This document shows positions 47,850 through 58,562 of a stretch of DNA of 64,000 nt, piece after piece; position 1 is the first letter of the stretch; each line of letters begins with the position of its first letter. The notes under the pieces are model-generated. The model worked only from the letters and a program-made list of their open reading frames with translations, searched no databases and was not told where the DNA came from. Location: NCBI GenBank assembly GCA_965218895.1, contig CBDCMI010000007.1:136025-200024 (forward strand). Direction: 5' to 3'. Both the position numbers and the translations under genes were made by a program. The stretch comes from Acidobacteriaceae bacterium (GTDB lineage Bacteria > Acidobacteriota > Terriglobia > Terriglobales > Acidobacteriaceae).

Positions 47850-48629
47850 ATGCCAACGGAACAAACTTCATCTCTGGCGGGCAAGATAGCCATCGTGACC
47901 GGCGGTAGCCGTGGACTCGGCCAGAACACGGTGCTCCATCTTGCTCGACGAGGAGTGCACTCGATCTTCACCTACAAGTCGAATCAAGCGGAAGCCGACA
48001 AAGCCGTGGCGGAGGTGAACAAAGCTGGCGCCAAGGCCATTGCTCTCAAGCTCGATGCCGGAAACTCAAGTTCTTTTGAGCCGTTTTTAGAAGAAGTCCG
48101 CAAGGCTCTCGGTGAGTTCGGTGCGGAACGTTTCGACTTTCTCGTGAACAATGCGGGCATCTCGCACCATGCTTCCTTCGAGAAGACTACCGAGGCTGAG
48201 TTGGATCAGCTTTACAACGTCAATTTTAAGGGTGTCTTTTTCCTCACGCAGAAGCTGCTGCCGCTCATCCATGATGGCGGCCGCATCGTGATGATTTCGA
48301 CTGGACTGACGCGCATCGTTATTCCTGAAAGTGCTCCATATGCAGCCCTTAAGGGCGCCATCGAGGTTCTCACGAAGTACCTGGCAAAAGAACTTGGGCC
48401 TCGCGGTATCACCGTGAACGCCGTTGCCCCGGGTGCCATTCAGACTGATTTCAGCGGTGGGGTCGTCCGGGACAACCCTGCCGTCAACAAGATGGTTTCC
48501 GAAGCGACGGCGCTTGGCCGTCCCGGTCTCCCGGATGATATCGGGGCCATGATCGCGTCACTGCTCACTGAAGATAATCGCTGGGTAAACGCCCAGCGCA
48601 TTGAGGTCTCCGGCGGCCAATCAATCTAG
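47850..48629 (+). CDS. SDR-family oxidoreductase
   Basis: TGGSRGLG, NNAG, YAALK. Confidence 0.92.
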   Translation: MPTEQTSSLAGKIAIVTGGSRGLGQNTVLHLARRGVHSIFTYKSNQAEADKAVAEVNKAGAKAIALKLDAGNSSSFEPFLEEVRKALGEFGAERFDFLVNNAGISHHASFEKTTEAELDQLYNVNFKGVFFLTQKLLPLIHDGGRIVMISTGLTRIVIPESAPYAALKGAIEVLTKYLAKELGPRGITVNAVAPGAIQTDFSGGVVRDNPAVNKMVSEATALGRPGLPDDIGAMIASLLTEDNRWVNAQRIEVSGGQSI

Positions 48630-48692
48630 GCGAGGGAGGACTCTGGTCCTCCTTCATCGCCCTCACCCCTCATCTCTTTCAGGAAAGCTCTT

Positions 48693-49439
48693 ATGACAAA
48701 CCTCAAAAACAAGGTTGCTCTTATCACCGGCGGTGGACGCGGTATCGGCAAAGCCATCGCCGAGCGCTACGGCTTATTGGGCGCCAGCGTCATCGTCAAT
48801 TATTCTTCCTCGGCAGATGCAGCAAAAGAAACAGTGTCTGTCATTGAACGTTCTGGAAGCGCTGCCGTCGCCGTTCAAGCCGATGTTTCGAAGGTGGCTG
48901 ATCTTGAGCGCCTGTTCCAGACTTCACTCGAGCAATTCGGCCATCTTGACATCGTGGTGGTGAATGCCGGTCTCGAAATGTCCGGCCAACCCGTCCTCGA
49001 CTTCACGGAGGAAGAGTACGATCGCCTCTTCAACGTCAATACGAAAGGCGCCTTCTTCGCTATTCAGAAAGCGGCCAAACACATAAGCGATAACGGACGC
49101 ATCATTTACATCGGATCGAGCACCACTGCCTTCCCGATGCCCGGGCACGGTCTCTACGGCGGCAGCAAGATGGCTCCGCGTTTCCTGGTCGAGGTTCTGG
49201 CGAAGGAGATCGGGCACCGGGGTGTAACCGTGAACTCTCTCCTGCCCACCGCCACTCAGGGCGCGGGCAGACATGCTGAGCCGAAGCCCGAGATTGCGGA
49301 CTTTATCAAGAACTTCATGCCCATGAACCGCATCGGCACCGTGGAGGACACCGCAAACGCGGCCGAGTATCTGGCGAGCGACCTTGCCAGCTTCGTCAGC
49401 GGCCAGCACCTGCTTCTCAGCGGTGGTGGTCCCGCCTGA
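48693..49439 (+). CDS. SDR-family oxidoreductase
   Basis: TGGGRGIG, VNAG, YGGSK. Confidence 0.92.
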   Translation: MTNLKNKVALITGGGRGIGKAIAERYGLLGASVIVNYSSSADAAKETVSVIERSGSAAVAVQADVSKVADLERLFQTSLEQFGHLDIVVVNAGLEMSGQPVLDFTEEEYDRLFNVNTKGAFFAIQKAAKHISDNGRIIYIGSSTTAFPMPGHGLYGGSKMAPRFLVEVLAKEIGHRGVTVNSLLPTATQGAGRHAEPKPEIADFIKNFMPMNRIGTVEDTANAAEYLASDLASFVSGQHLLLSGGGPA

Positions 49440-49489
49440 CCAGCAGGTTGTATTCGGGCGGACTCGGTGGAGGCGTGGTGATCGAGATC

Positions 49490-50419
49490 CTATGAGGCTG
49501 CTGGTTGGTCGGTACCGGAACTTCGCCGGAACTCTCGTGGTGAGCAGTCCCAAACTCTTCGGAATGCTCTGCCGAAGGCGCTCTCCGCTTCATAGCCCAG
49601 CGATGAGCAGATGACTCGAACAGAGTCATCGGAGCTCTTTAACCGATCTCCGGCGAGCAGCATGCGCCAGCGTGTCAGATACTCCATGGGCGTTACGCCA
49701 ACTCTTTGCCTGAACTTCTGGGCAAAGACTGTTCGGGACATGCAAGCTCGGTTAGCCAGATCCTCCAACGTCCAAGGATGACCGGGGTGGTCATGCATGC
49801 ACTGAATCGCGGCTCTTAACTGCGGGTCTGCAAGGGCGAAAAGCCAACCTCTGCCCTTGACCGCGTTTTCCTGCAGATGCAGTCTCAGCGCCTGAAGCAG
49901 GATCATGTGGGCCAGCTGCTGTCCCATCAGGTACCCACCCGGCTGAGGCTCGGCCAGTTCCTTTCTCATGCGATCCAGTGCCCAGCGCATGGCCTCCCGA
50001 TCCGACTCTTTACGGATATGCACAATCGGAGGCAACGAACTCAACAGGAGATCGGAATGACCTCCGGCCAGGAAAAAGTGACCTCCAAGAATGGAACAGC
50101 CACCGTCTCCCTCGTTCAGGGTCTCTTCGCCCAGCTTGTGTACTGCTGTGTTACTCGGAAACTCGACACGCGGCAGTGCCGGGTCGATACCGAGACAGAA
50201 CGGCAGGCCGCGCGGCAAGAGGACACAATCTCCTTCCGTAATACGCACCGCAGCGGGAACACTCTCGATGGACAACCAGCACGAGCCCGAGCCGATGGCG
50301 TAGCACTTCATGCCGCGATAGCTGTGGAAGTCAAAAGCTGCCTTCGGGTCAAGGACGAAGCCGCCCGACACGTAGCTCTTCAGCTTTAACAACGACAACA
50401 CGTCAGAGAGTGCGTCCAC
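49490..50419 (-). CDS. AraC-family regulator with cupin domain
   Basis: MDALSDVL, WTLEDLA, PMEYLTRWRM, GYEAESAFGRAF. Confidence 0.92.
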   Translation of the reverse strand: MDALSDVLSLLKLKSYVSGGFVLDPKAAFDFHSYRGMKCYAIGSGSCWLSIESVPAAVRITEGDCVLLPRGLPFCLGIDPALPRVEFPSNTAVHKLGEETLNEGDGGCSILGGHFFLAGGHSDLLLSSLPPIVHIRKESDREAMRWALDRMRKELAEPQPGGYLMGQQLAHMILLQALRLHLQENAVKGRGWLFALADPQLRAAIQCMHDHPGHPWTLEDLANRACMSRTVFAQKFRQRVGVTPMEYLTRWRMLLAGDRLKSSDDSVRVICSSLGYEAESAFGRAFRRVWDCSPREFRRSSGTDQPAAS

Positions 50420-50524
50420 TGTACCTCCGTACGATCAGTCCAGAAATGCGAACTTTCAGCATAGCTCGTACGCCATGGAGCCCACATCTAATCCAGAAGC
50501 AGGGATTTGAATGGAGGTGCACTC

Positions 50525-51412
50525 ATGAAAGTTTTCCTTACCGGCGCAACGGGTTTCATCGGTTCGGCTCTCGTACCCGAACTTATCAAAGCGGGCCACC
50601 AGGTGCTTGGACTGACGCGTTCGGACGCGGGTGTGGCTTCTCTTCAAGAAGCTGGCGCTGAGGCCTATCGGGGAAGTCTCGAAGATCTGGAGAGTCTTCG
50701 TGGTGGCGTCAGCAAGGCAGACGGTGTGATTCACTGCGCGTTCAACAATGACTTTTCAAAGTTCAAGGAGACCAACGAGCAGGAGATCAAGGTGATTGAT
50801 GCTTTGGGTAGCGGACTCGTGGGTTCGACTCGCCCGCTGGTCATCACCTCTGTTGTGGCGATGGGCATCGCATCTCCGGGTCAGCCGGCCACGGAGGACC
50901 ACTTCGACCGCGACCAGCCCAACCCTCTCAGGACCTCGGAGAAGGCAGCTGCAGCCGTTCTCGATCGCGGGGTCAATGTTTCAGTGGTCCGTCTCCCCCA
51001 GGTCCACAATATCGTCAAGCAAGGGATTCCTGGCCGTCTCGTTCAGGTGGCCCGGCAAAGAAGAATTTCCGCTTACATCGGCGAGGGAGCCAACCGTTGG
51101 GCGGCGGGACACGTGCTCGACGTCGCCCACCTCTACCGGCTTGCACTGGAAGAACAGGAAGCGGGCAGCCGATATCAGGCGGCAGCGGAAGAAGGCGTGC
51201 CGTTGCGCGAGATCGCAGAAGTGATTGGGAAAGGTTTAGGTGTTCCAACAATCAGCCTTTCCGCTGAGGAAGCGAAGTCGCACTTCGGTCCCTTGGCCAT
51301 GTTTGTCGGCACAGAACTGTCAGCTTCGAGTACAAAGACCAGGCAACAGTTAGAGTGGAAGCCGACTCGCCCCGGCCTTCTTCAGGATCTCGAGCAAACG
51401 CAGTATTCCTAA
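50525..51412 (+). CDS. Atypical SDR / NAD-dependent epimerase-dehydratase
   Basis: VFLTGATGFIG, VRLPQVH, HVLDVA. Confidence 0.9.
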   Translation: MKVFLTGATGFIGSALVPELIKAGHQVLGLTRSDAGVASLQEAGAEAYRGSLEDLESLRGGVSKADGVIHCAFNNDFSKFKETNEQEIKVIDALGSGLVGSTRPLVITSVVAMGIASPGQPATEDHFDRDQPNPLRTSEKAAAAVLDRGVNVSVVRLPQVHNIVKQGIPGRLVQVARQRRISAYIGEGANRWAAGHVLDVAHLYRLALEEQEAGSRYQAAAEEGVPLREIAEVIGKGLGVPTISLSAEEAKSHFGPLAMFVGTELSASSTKTRQQLEWKPTRPGLLQDLEQTQYS

Positions 51413-51543
51413 AAGGAATACTTACTGATGGAGCTCGCCGACCAGGTTTACCAATGCTTGATGCCGCGGCCGAGACCTTCCCTCCGGGGGTCGAGCGGCA
51501 TGCTCCAGCGGACGGCTCCTGGATCTGTCGTATTGAACCCAAG

Positions 51544-52446
51544 CTAAGCTGCTCCGTGCGGTTTCAACAGATCTTCCAGACCGATACGCCGGAACAGCTC
51601 AGTCCGAACCCGATCACCCATCACGTTGATCACTTCCGCGCCGGCATCGGCGGGATCGATGGTGACGCGAAACGGACGCTTCCCAAAGGGCGTGTCGACT
51701 ACCTTTGCGATAGCACGGGCGACATCGGCAACATCCGATCCAGCCGGGGCCATGACATCGTGTCCCTTGTGAACGAGTTCCGGCATGTCCTCGTAGGGGC
51801 CATTGGCGTACTCGGCCGCGCGGGCTTCATCGCCTGGATGGTCCGCGGTGGGGAAGTGATTGGTTCCTGTCGTGTAGACACCCGGCACAACGATCGTTGT
51901 CTCGATGCCCCAGCGCGTCAGTTCTCCCGCATAGGTGACCGCAAGCGAATCCATGGCGGCCTTTGCGGCAAAGTACGGACCGAGATAGGGCGGTGTGCCG
52001 CCACGGGTGCTGGAGCTGCCAACCCATACGATGAGTCCTCTTCCTTGCTTGCGCAGGATCGGAAGTGCTGCACGGTTTACCCGCTGCGTACTGAGGACAT
52101 TGACGTCATAGAGTTCTGCCAACTGCTCTACCGTAAACGCCTCCGAAGGCCCGAAGCTCATGTGGCCCGCATTGTGGATCAGCACGTCAAGGCGGCCAGT
52201 CTCGGCAACGATCTGCTGAATCGCTGTGTCGACCGATCCCTGCGATTGAACATCCATTTCGATAGAACGGAGATCGACCTTCTCGTCGAGCGCAAACTGC
52301 TTGACTGCTTCAACTTCTTTCGCATTTTCGCCTGCGGTCCATCGCATGCCGGCATAGACCGTGTGACCCGCCCTGCTGATCGCCCGGGCTGACAGGGCTC
52401 CAAATCCGGAAGATGCACCCGTGATCACGACTACATATTTGGACAC
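51544..52446 (-). CDS. SDR-family oxidoreductase
   Basis: TGASSGFG, HNAG, YFAAK. Confidence 0.92.
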   Translation of the reverse strand: MSKYVVVITGASSGFGALSARAISRAGHTVYAGMRWTAGENAKEVEAVKQFALDEKVDLRSIEMDVQSQGSVDTAIQQIVAETGRLDVLIHNAGHMSFGPSEAFTVEQLAELYDVNVLSTQRVNRAALPILRKQGRGLIVWVGSSSTRGGTPPYLGPYFAAKAAMDSLAVTYAGELTRWGIETTIVVPGVYTTGTNHFPTADHPGDEARAAEYANGPYEDMPELVHKGHDVMAPAGSDVADVARAIAKVVDTPFGKRPFRVTIDPADAGAEVINVMGDRVRTELFRRIGLEDLLKPHGAA

Positions 52447-52556
52447 AATTCCTCTTTTTGTCGCACTTGTGTGATCGCTGACGTGTTCTGAGTCGCCCGC
52501 CGTAAATGCAGGCGACTCAGAGAAGGATTGACGGTTGCGGTCAATTTCTCGCTCGT

Positions 52557-53285
52557 TTAGGCGAATCCGCCATTGACGCGCAGTACCTGGCCGTTGACCC
52601 AGCCGCCTTCGGAACTCAGGAGAAAGGAGACGATACCGACGATATCCGCCACCTCGCCGATCCGGCCAAGCGGTGCCAACTTCCCGATTCCTGCGATCTG
52701 TTCTTCACTCTTGCCTTGGAGAAACAGTTCTGTTGCCACCGGCCCCGGGGAAACTGCATTGACGGTGATCTTGCGCTGGCCGAGTTCATTGGCCAGAACG
52801 CGGGTGAGGCCTTCAACGCCTGCCTTGGAAGCGATATATGCGCCATATCCCGGAAAGTTCTTTCCGAGTACGCTGCTCGAGAATGTAACGATGCGGCCGC
52901 CATCGGCGACGTGGTTTGCAGCCTCGCTCATCACCAGAAAGCTGCCACGCAAATTGGTGGCAATTACCTTGTCAAAGGCGTCAAGATCCCCTTTCTGAAT
53001 GGGTGCAAGCGGCATGATTCCGGCACTGTTGACCACCGCCGTGATCTCTCCGAAGTTCGATCGAGCAGCCTCGAAGATTTGCTTTACGTCGTCTGCCTTA
53101 GAGATGTCAGCAGCGACGGTAATCGCTTTTCCGTCCGCGGCCTGAATGCTCTTGAGGGCATCTTCCGCTTTCGCTGCATTGCCGGAATAGGTGAGGACCA
53201 CTGAAAACCCATCCGCGGCTAGACGTTCCGCAATGCCCCTGCCGATACCGCCGGATGCGCCGGTCACGATCGCCGTTCCTGTCAT
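52557..53285 (-). CDS. SDR-family oxidoreductase
   Basis: AGGAG RBS; TGASGGIG, NSAG, YIASK. Confidence 0.92.
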   Translation of the reverse strand: MTGTAIVTGASGGIGRGIAERLAADGFSVVLTYSGNAAKAEDALKSIQAADGKAITVAADISKADDVKQIFEAARSNFGEITAVVNSAGIMPLAPIQKGDLDAFDKVIATNLRGSFLVMSEAANHVADGGRIVTFSSSVLGKNFPGYGAYIASKAGVEGLTRVLANELGQRKITVNAVSPGPVATELFLQGKSEEQIAGIGKLAPLGRIGEVADIVGIVSFLLSSEGGWVNGQVLRVNGGFA

Positions 53286-53366
53286 ACTCTCTCCTTTTGA
53301 ATGTCTTGCGTCCATTAAGACGAGCGAATGGCCGACCAAGAATCATGCATAATGCGCAGAATGACT

Positions 53367-54272
53367 ATGCGTCTCACGCAACTTCGTCAGGCAGACCTGA
53401 ACCTACTCGTTTACTTCATCGCGTTGGTTGAAGAGAGGACCATCTCCCGCGCTGCGAAGCGGCTGCGTTTGAGTCAGCCTGCCGTCAGCCGGTCCTTGCA
53501 GCGTTTGCGCGAGTTGTTTCAGGACGACCTTCTCGTACGAAGGGCTAGGCAGTATGAGCCGACGCCACGAGGGCAGGCACTGGTTCAGGAACTGACAATC
53601 ATTCTTCCGCAACTGGAAAGGTTGATCTCCGGCAAGGAGTTTGACAGCTCGACGGAACAGGCTACCTTCCGGCTGGCGGCGAGTGACAGTCTGGCGCAAC
53701 TGTATGGACCTGCATTTTCGAAACAGTACAGCGAGCGCCCCAATCTCGAATTTTTGTTCCAGGCCTACACCGATGATCGATTCAGCGATCTGGAAGCGAA
53801 TCGCTTTGACCTCCTGCTCGATGCGGGATTCAGAGCGTTGCCCCCGACACTGAAGAGCGAAAGGCTATTTGAAGAAGAGCTGGTTTGTGCAGTTGCGAAG
53901 GAGAGCGCATACCCACAAAAGCTCTCGCTGGCTCAGTACCTTGCTGCGAAGCACGTCTGCATCAGCGTGCTGGAAAACCAGCAGACCGTGCCTGACATTG
54001 CTTTAACCAAAGTAGGGGCGGCGCGGCGATGCGCCTTTACTCTTCCATACTTCAGCGTGGGTCTGCACATGGTGGCAGGAACCTCCCTCATCGCAACCCT
54101 GCCCCGAAGGCTGGCAGAGAACCTCGTCAACCCGACGCAGACACGCTTGGTGTCGGCACCAGACGAGCTCACGGGTTTTCACTACCTCATGATCTGGCAT
54201 TCCCGTCAACAGCAGGACGTTCGCCATCTTTGGTTGCGCCAAGCGATGCGGGACGCAACAACCTGGAGATAG
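53367..54272 (+). CDS. LysR-family transcriptional regulator
   Basis: DLNLLV, SQPAVSRSLQRLRELFQDDLL, HLWLR; divergent from the SDR pair. Confidence 0.92.
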   Translation: MRLTQLRQADLNLLVYFIALVEERTISRAAKRLRLSQPAVSRSLQRLRELFQDDLLVRRARQYEPTPRGQALVQELTIILPQLERLISGKEFDSSTEQATFRLAASDSLAQLYGPAFSKQYSERPNLEFLFQAYTDDRFSDLEANRFDLLLDAGFRALPPTLKSERLFEEELVCAVAKESAYPQKLSLAQYLAAKHVCISVLENQQTVPDIALTKVGAARRCAFTLPYFSVGLHMVAGTSLIATLPRRLAENLVNPTQTRLVSAPDELTGFHYLMIWHSRQQQDVRHLWLRQAMRDATTWR

Positions 54273-54376
54273 CTTTCATATGATCCGTTGCAATTGAGCG
54301 TTCGTCAGTGTCGCTCCGGCGCAGTCTTGGACTGATCCTGAACGCGTCGTTCTCGCGCCAGTGGAGCATCCAGCGG

Positions 54377-55048
54377 TCACCCTGTTCGAGAAACACGTGG
54401 GTAGTTGCCCTTTGATCTGACGGGCTTGTTCTTCGTTGTTGATTTCAACTTTGGAATAGATCGTTGAACAAGAGCTTCAAACGCGCTCTGCGCCCTTGTC
54501 CTTGCTGCCGGGTCATGCAGGAAGCGTTCGGACACGTGATGATTCAGGTAAATGCCGCAGAGCTCCCAGACGAATTGGTCGAGATCGAGGTCAGCGGCGA
54601 GTTCTCCCGAAGCAACTGCCTCCGCAGTCGTGGTGACCAGCAGCTCTCGCCACCGCTCCTCTGCAGAAACCAGCCGTTGCCGGACAGGATCGGATGCGTC
54701 CACATCATCAAGTTCGAAGAGACCTGCCGCGATAGGACAACCACCTCTCAGCCCTGCTCTGGCGGTCCAGCCAAGCCAACCATAAACAAGGGCCCTGAGC
54801 CTGCCTAGTCCAGGAGCCTCTTGCATCGCAGGTTCAACGAAACAAGTTGCACCCAAACGAACTGTTTCTTCCATCAGACCCAGCTGCACCTCTTCTTTCG
54901 AGCCGAAGTGCGCAAACAACCCACTCTTCGACATGCCGGTTCGCTGCGCCAGCAAACCGACGGTGACCTGCGCAAAACCGCTCTTCGACAGAAGATCGAC
55001 TCCTTGCGCCAGAATCCTGTCTTTTGTGCTTTTCATCCTCTTGTTCAC
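54377..55048 (-). CDS. TetR-family transcriptional regulator
   Basis: TGMSKSGLFAHFGSKEE, GGCP. Confidence 0.92.
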   Translation of the reverse strand: MNKRMKSTKDRILAQGVDLLSKSGFAQVTVGLLAQRTGMSKSGLFAHFGSKEEVQLGLMEETVRLGATCFVEPAMQEAPGLGRLRALVYGWLGWTARAGLRGGCPIAAGLFELDDVDASDPVRQRLVSAEERWRELLVTTTAEAVASGELAADLDLDQFVWELCGIYLNHHVSERFLHDPAARTRAQSAFEALVQRSIPKLKSTTKNKPVRSKGNYPRVSRTG

Positions 55049-55225
55049 CTTGATCTTAGAAGTAGGGTCTCGCCCACTCCAGCCATCATGTCATTGTCAT
55101 TCGACCTGTTGATGAGACGCGCCCCTTCCCTACGTAAACTCCAAGCCTCTCGTGGCCGGCAGCACTGCCTTCAGAAACAAGTGGCCAAAACAATTAACTG
55201 TGTAACGCCTGATTCCTTTCCATTT

Positions 55226-55245
55226 TAGCACGACCGTTCGTGCTA
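55226..55245. promoter_or_regulatory. Palindromic operator, probably bound by the TetR
   Basis: TAGCACGA-CCGT-TCGTGCTA with perfect 8-bp arms, 11 nt upstream of the DJ-1 ATG. Confidence 0.7.
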
Positions 55246-55256
55246 GATTTACCGGT

Positions 55257-55991
55257 ATGGACAACTCCTCCGTACCCAACTTTCGTGAGCAAGCTCCCCT
55301 TCAGCTCGGGATGCTGCTTTATCCCCACATGACCCTGCTCGATCTGGCAGGTCCCCAAGCAACACTGGGCTTTCACAGCATTACTCATCTGATCTCGGAT
55401 TCACTCGATCCTGTCCTCACAGACTCAGGCGTCTCGATCATGCCGACAGCCACGTTCGAAACCTGCCCAGAAGAGTTGGACGTCCTGTTTGTGCCGGGCG
55501 GCTTTGGGACCAATCGGGCGCTGCAGCAGGAAGAGCTTCTTCGCTTTCTCGCCAAGGCAGGCAAGCGCGCGCGGTTTGTCACTTCCGTGTGTTCAGGTTC
55601 CGTACTGCTCGCAGCTGCCGGCCTCCTGGACGGCTATCGAGCGGCGACACACTGGGCCGTTTACGACCAATTGGAGACGTTCCCGAATGTCACCGGAGTT
55701 CACGAGAGGGTTGTGACCGATCGCAATCGTTTCACCGGAGGAGGAGTCACTGCCGGCATCGACTTCGGCCTGACGCTGCTGGCTGCACTGCGCGGGGAAG
55801 AAACGGCCAAAATGACCCAGCTCATGATGGAGTACGATCCGCAGCCGCCGTTCAACACAGGATCTCCGGCAACAGCAGGGCCGCAGTTGACCGCCATGGC
55901 TGAAGCCGCGATGCAGGTCAGTCTGGATGAGGGTCTCGCGATCGCCCGCGAGCTTACGGCAGGCCGGATGCAGCCGCTGCCCACCCTTTGA
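55257..55991 (+). CDS. DJ-1/PfpI-family protein (isonitrile hydratase-like)
   Basis: LDLAGP, LFVPGG, SVCSG, GGGVTAGIDF, EYDPQPPF. Confidence 0.88.
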   Translation: MDNSSVPNFREQAPLQLGMLLYPHMTLLDLAGPQATLGFHSITHLISDSLDPVLTDSGVSIMPTATFETCPEELDVLFVPGGFGTNRALQQEELLRFLAKAGKRARFVTSVCSGSVLLAAAGLLDGYRAATHWAVYDQLETFPNVTGVHERVVTDRNRFTGGGVTAGIDFGLTLLAALRGEETAKMTQLMMEYDPQPPFNTGSPATAGPQLTAMAEAAMQVSLDEGLAIARELTAGRMQPLPTL

Positions 55992-56032
55992 TCCACCAGA
56001 TCGATACCAACCCACCGCAGAAGGGAAACACC

Positions 56033-56737
56033 ATGTCAAATCAATATCAAGCCATCGTCGGTTCCGACGAGCCCCTTGTTCTAGGAATTGTTCTTTACCC
56101 CTTCATGACGGCCTTGGACTTCGTGGGTCCTCTCACCGTCCTCAGCATGAGTTGCACAACCCATCTGCTTTCAAAGACGCTCGATCCAGTGCTGACGGAC
56201 TGCAGCTTTTCCGTCGTCCCCACCATGACCTTTGCCGACTGCCCACAGCACCTGGACATCCTCTTGATTCCCGGCGGCTTCGGCAGCAACGCTGCGATGA
56301 AAGATCCTGAGCTTCTGGAGTTTCTAAAATCACGCGGTGCGACGGCTGACTACGTCACCTCGGTTTGTTCTGGCTCAACAGTCCTTGGCGCAGCAGGCCT
56401 GCTCGACGGGTACAAGTCGACGACGCATTGGGCTTACTTTCCGGTGTTGAAAGCGATGAACATCGAGACCGCGAGCGAACGGGTAGTGACAGATCGGAAT
56501 CGAATCTCGGGTGGCGGCGTGACCGCAGGCATCGACTTCGGACTTTCTGTTCTGGCAAAGCTCCGGGGTGAAGATGCCGCGAAGCGTATGCAGTTGATCA
56601 TGGAATACGACCCAAAGCCGCCGTTCCAGGCCGGGCACCCCAGCATGAGTGAACCTCGGCTGACGGAACAGGTGACACAGTGGATCGACCCCCTGATTCA
56701 GGAAGCTGTGACAATCGCTGAAGCCGTTCAGCACTAG
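56033..56737 (+). CDS. DJ-1/PfpI-family protein (isonitrile hydratase-like), tandem paralog
   Basis: LDFVGP, SVCSG, GGGVTAGIDF, EYDPKPPF. Confidence 0.88.
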   Translation: MSNQYQAIVGSDEPLVLGIVLYPFMTALDFVGPLTVLSMSCTTHLLSKTLDPVLTDCSFSVVPTMTFADCPQHLDILLIPGGFGSNAAMKDPELLEFLKSRGATADYVTSVCSGSTVLGAAGLLDGYKSTTHWAYFPVLKAMNIETASERVVTDRNRISGGGVTAGIDFGLSVLAKLRGEDAAKRMQLIMEYDPKPPFQAGHPSMSEPRLTEQVTQWIDPLIQEAVTIAEAVQH

Positions 56738-56847
56738 TTCTTTCTTTTCATAACAGCTGCCACGATGGGCAGATTATTTATGGCTGCCTGTCGTGGTGAC
56801 TTTACCCGTCTAATGCCGTTCTTGGCTGACATAATCTGGAGAAGCAA

Positions 56848-57234
56848 ATGAAGACAGTCTCTTTCGTGACTTTGTCAGCAGTCATGACCTTCCTGGTGGT
56901 GTGGGGGATGGCAACACTTGCCCGCGGTGTGACAGGAGTGCCTAAAGACTTTCCTCCTTTCACAGCGCTTCCTTTGCTATCCGGAGTTGCAGGAGGTTTC
57001 CTGGGTGCGGCTGCGGTGTACGCCCTAGTGCGCTTGGTCTCGCCAAATCCGGATCGTGTCTTCTTTCTCTTCGCAATCACTTTCCTGGCTCTATCGTTTG
57101 CGCTTCCAATCCGCCTCAGCTTTACAAGGTCCTATCGTTTTGCAGGTGTCACACCTGCTGCTCAGATGACGCTGGCACTCTTTCACACCATCATCGCGGC
57201 TTCGTCTGTGATCTCGCTCACGAGACTAGAGTAG
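56848..57234 (+). CDS. Small 4-TM membrane protein
   Basis: GGAG RBS, four hydrophobic segments. Confidence 0.65.
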   Translation: MKTVSFVTLSAVMTFLVVWGMATLARGVTGVPKDFPPFTALPLLSGVAGGFLGAAAVYALVRLVSPNPDRVFFLFAITFLALSFALPIRLSFTRSYRFAGVTPAAQMTLALFHTIIAASSVISLTRLE

Positions 57235-57665
57235 AGCTTCTCCAAGTGTCGCAATCTTGCAGAGAGCAGGGTGCCAACACAAGCCAGCCTTCATCCCTCG
57301 GCACACAAGCGCAGACGACAAAGAAAACAAATGGATCCATCATGGAGTTCGAAAGCGTTATGCACGCTATCTGATCAGCAGTCCCAACTTGTTGTCCGCG
57401 TGAAGCGGCGGCTCATGGCTCCGTGCTGGTATACACAAACCATCGATGTACACAGCAGCGAGATTGCGGAGACAATGCGGCAGGAAGTGCTTCAGATGGT
57501 CAAGTCCGGCACGGACGAAAATGGGCTCTTCGCTCACTAAAAAGCGATCTATGGAGAGCAGATTCTGGCGGTTCCTGACGGAGCGCTGGGAAAGCTGGCT
57601 TTCGCAATTCCCATCACCTCTGCTTCGGCTGCGCTTGGGGTTCTCACCGCTGTGCTGATGAAGTT

Positions 57666-58560
57666 TCAAGCCGCGACCGACCCGGACAGACCGATGCGGG
57701 AGAGCGCGAGCCTAACGCCGCCTTCCTCGTCGCGGGAGGTCTCAGGCCTGGGGGTGTTCTCGCCGATGAAGTTGACCGCACCACGAAAGCCGGTTGCGAA
57801 GGCTCCGTACAGTGCAACACCGGGAACGATGTCGAACGTGCCTCCCACACGAGGGTTCGCTCGTACATACGTCGTGTCGTAGCTTTGCTGTACCTGCTTC
57901 AGGCCGAAGCGTGTTAGCCGTACCGCTCCGAGCAGGTGCAGACGACCATAGGTCGCCTGGTCCTGCGCGTATCCGGCCAGCGTCTCATACCGATTGGTTT
58001 GAGACGTCGTTACTGGCGGCACGTCGCCGAAGGGGAGGTCATAGGTGGGGTGCGCAAGATCGAGCGTGCCGACCGGAACACCGTTCAAGCCAAGGTCGCC
58101 TTTGAAGTTGGTGCGGTCGTAGTTGAAGCCGCCCAGCAGTTCGTGGCGGCCGCCGAGCCCGCGCAGATTGGCGGCGAGATTGGCATCCACCATGGCGCCC
58201 GCACCCCCGCCATAGACAGTCGAGGTTGGCCCTTTCACCACTCGATCCGCTCTGCGCCGACGAGGCTTGTTGGACCAACAGCCGTTTGGGTGAGCCCATA
58301 GGTGGGCAGGCCGTCCCTGTAGACCTCGGCCCGAAAACCGCGCACCACCGGCTGTGTAAACAAGGCTTCTTCAGGTTTGGTCGGCATCACACCCGACACA
58401 TCGACCAGCGCATCGTTCAGCGTGCGTGCATCCTGTTCGGTGAGCAGGCTTCGTGTCACTACGTCAACCGATTGCGGAACATCGAGAAGCGGTGTGTCGG
58501 TACGCGTGGGCCGCGATCCGGATTCATAGCGTGCCGGCGGGAGCGAGTTGAGTCGCATTG
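57666..58560 (-). pseudogene. TonB-dependent siderophore receptor remnant
   Basis: Plug motifs TRTDTPLLDVPQSVDVVT and ERIE/VVKGP split by a 1-nt frameshift at ~58240; barrel fragments (AQDQ, NPRVG); internal deletion and early stop. Confidence 0.8.
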
Positions 58561-58562
58561 CG

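Noticed and set aside
57271-57658. Small ORFs between the membrane gene and the TonB remnant
   Set aside because: Short, overlapping, no motifs; probably island debris.
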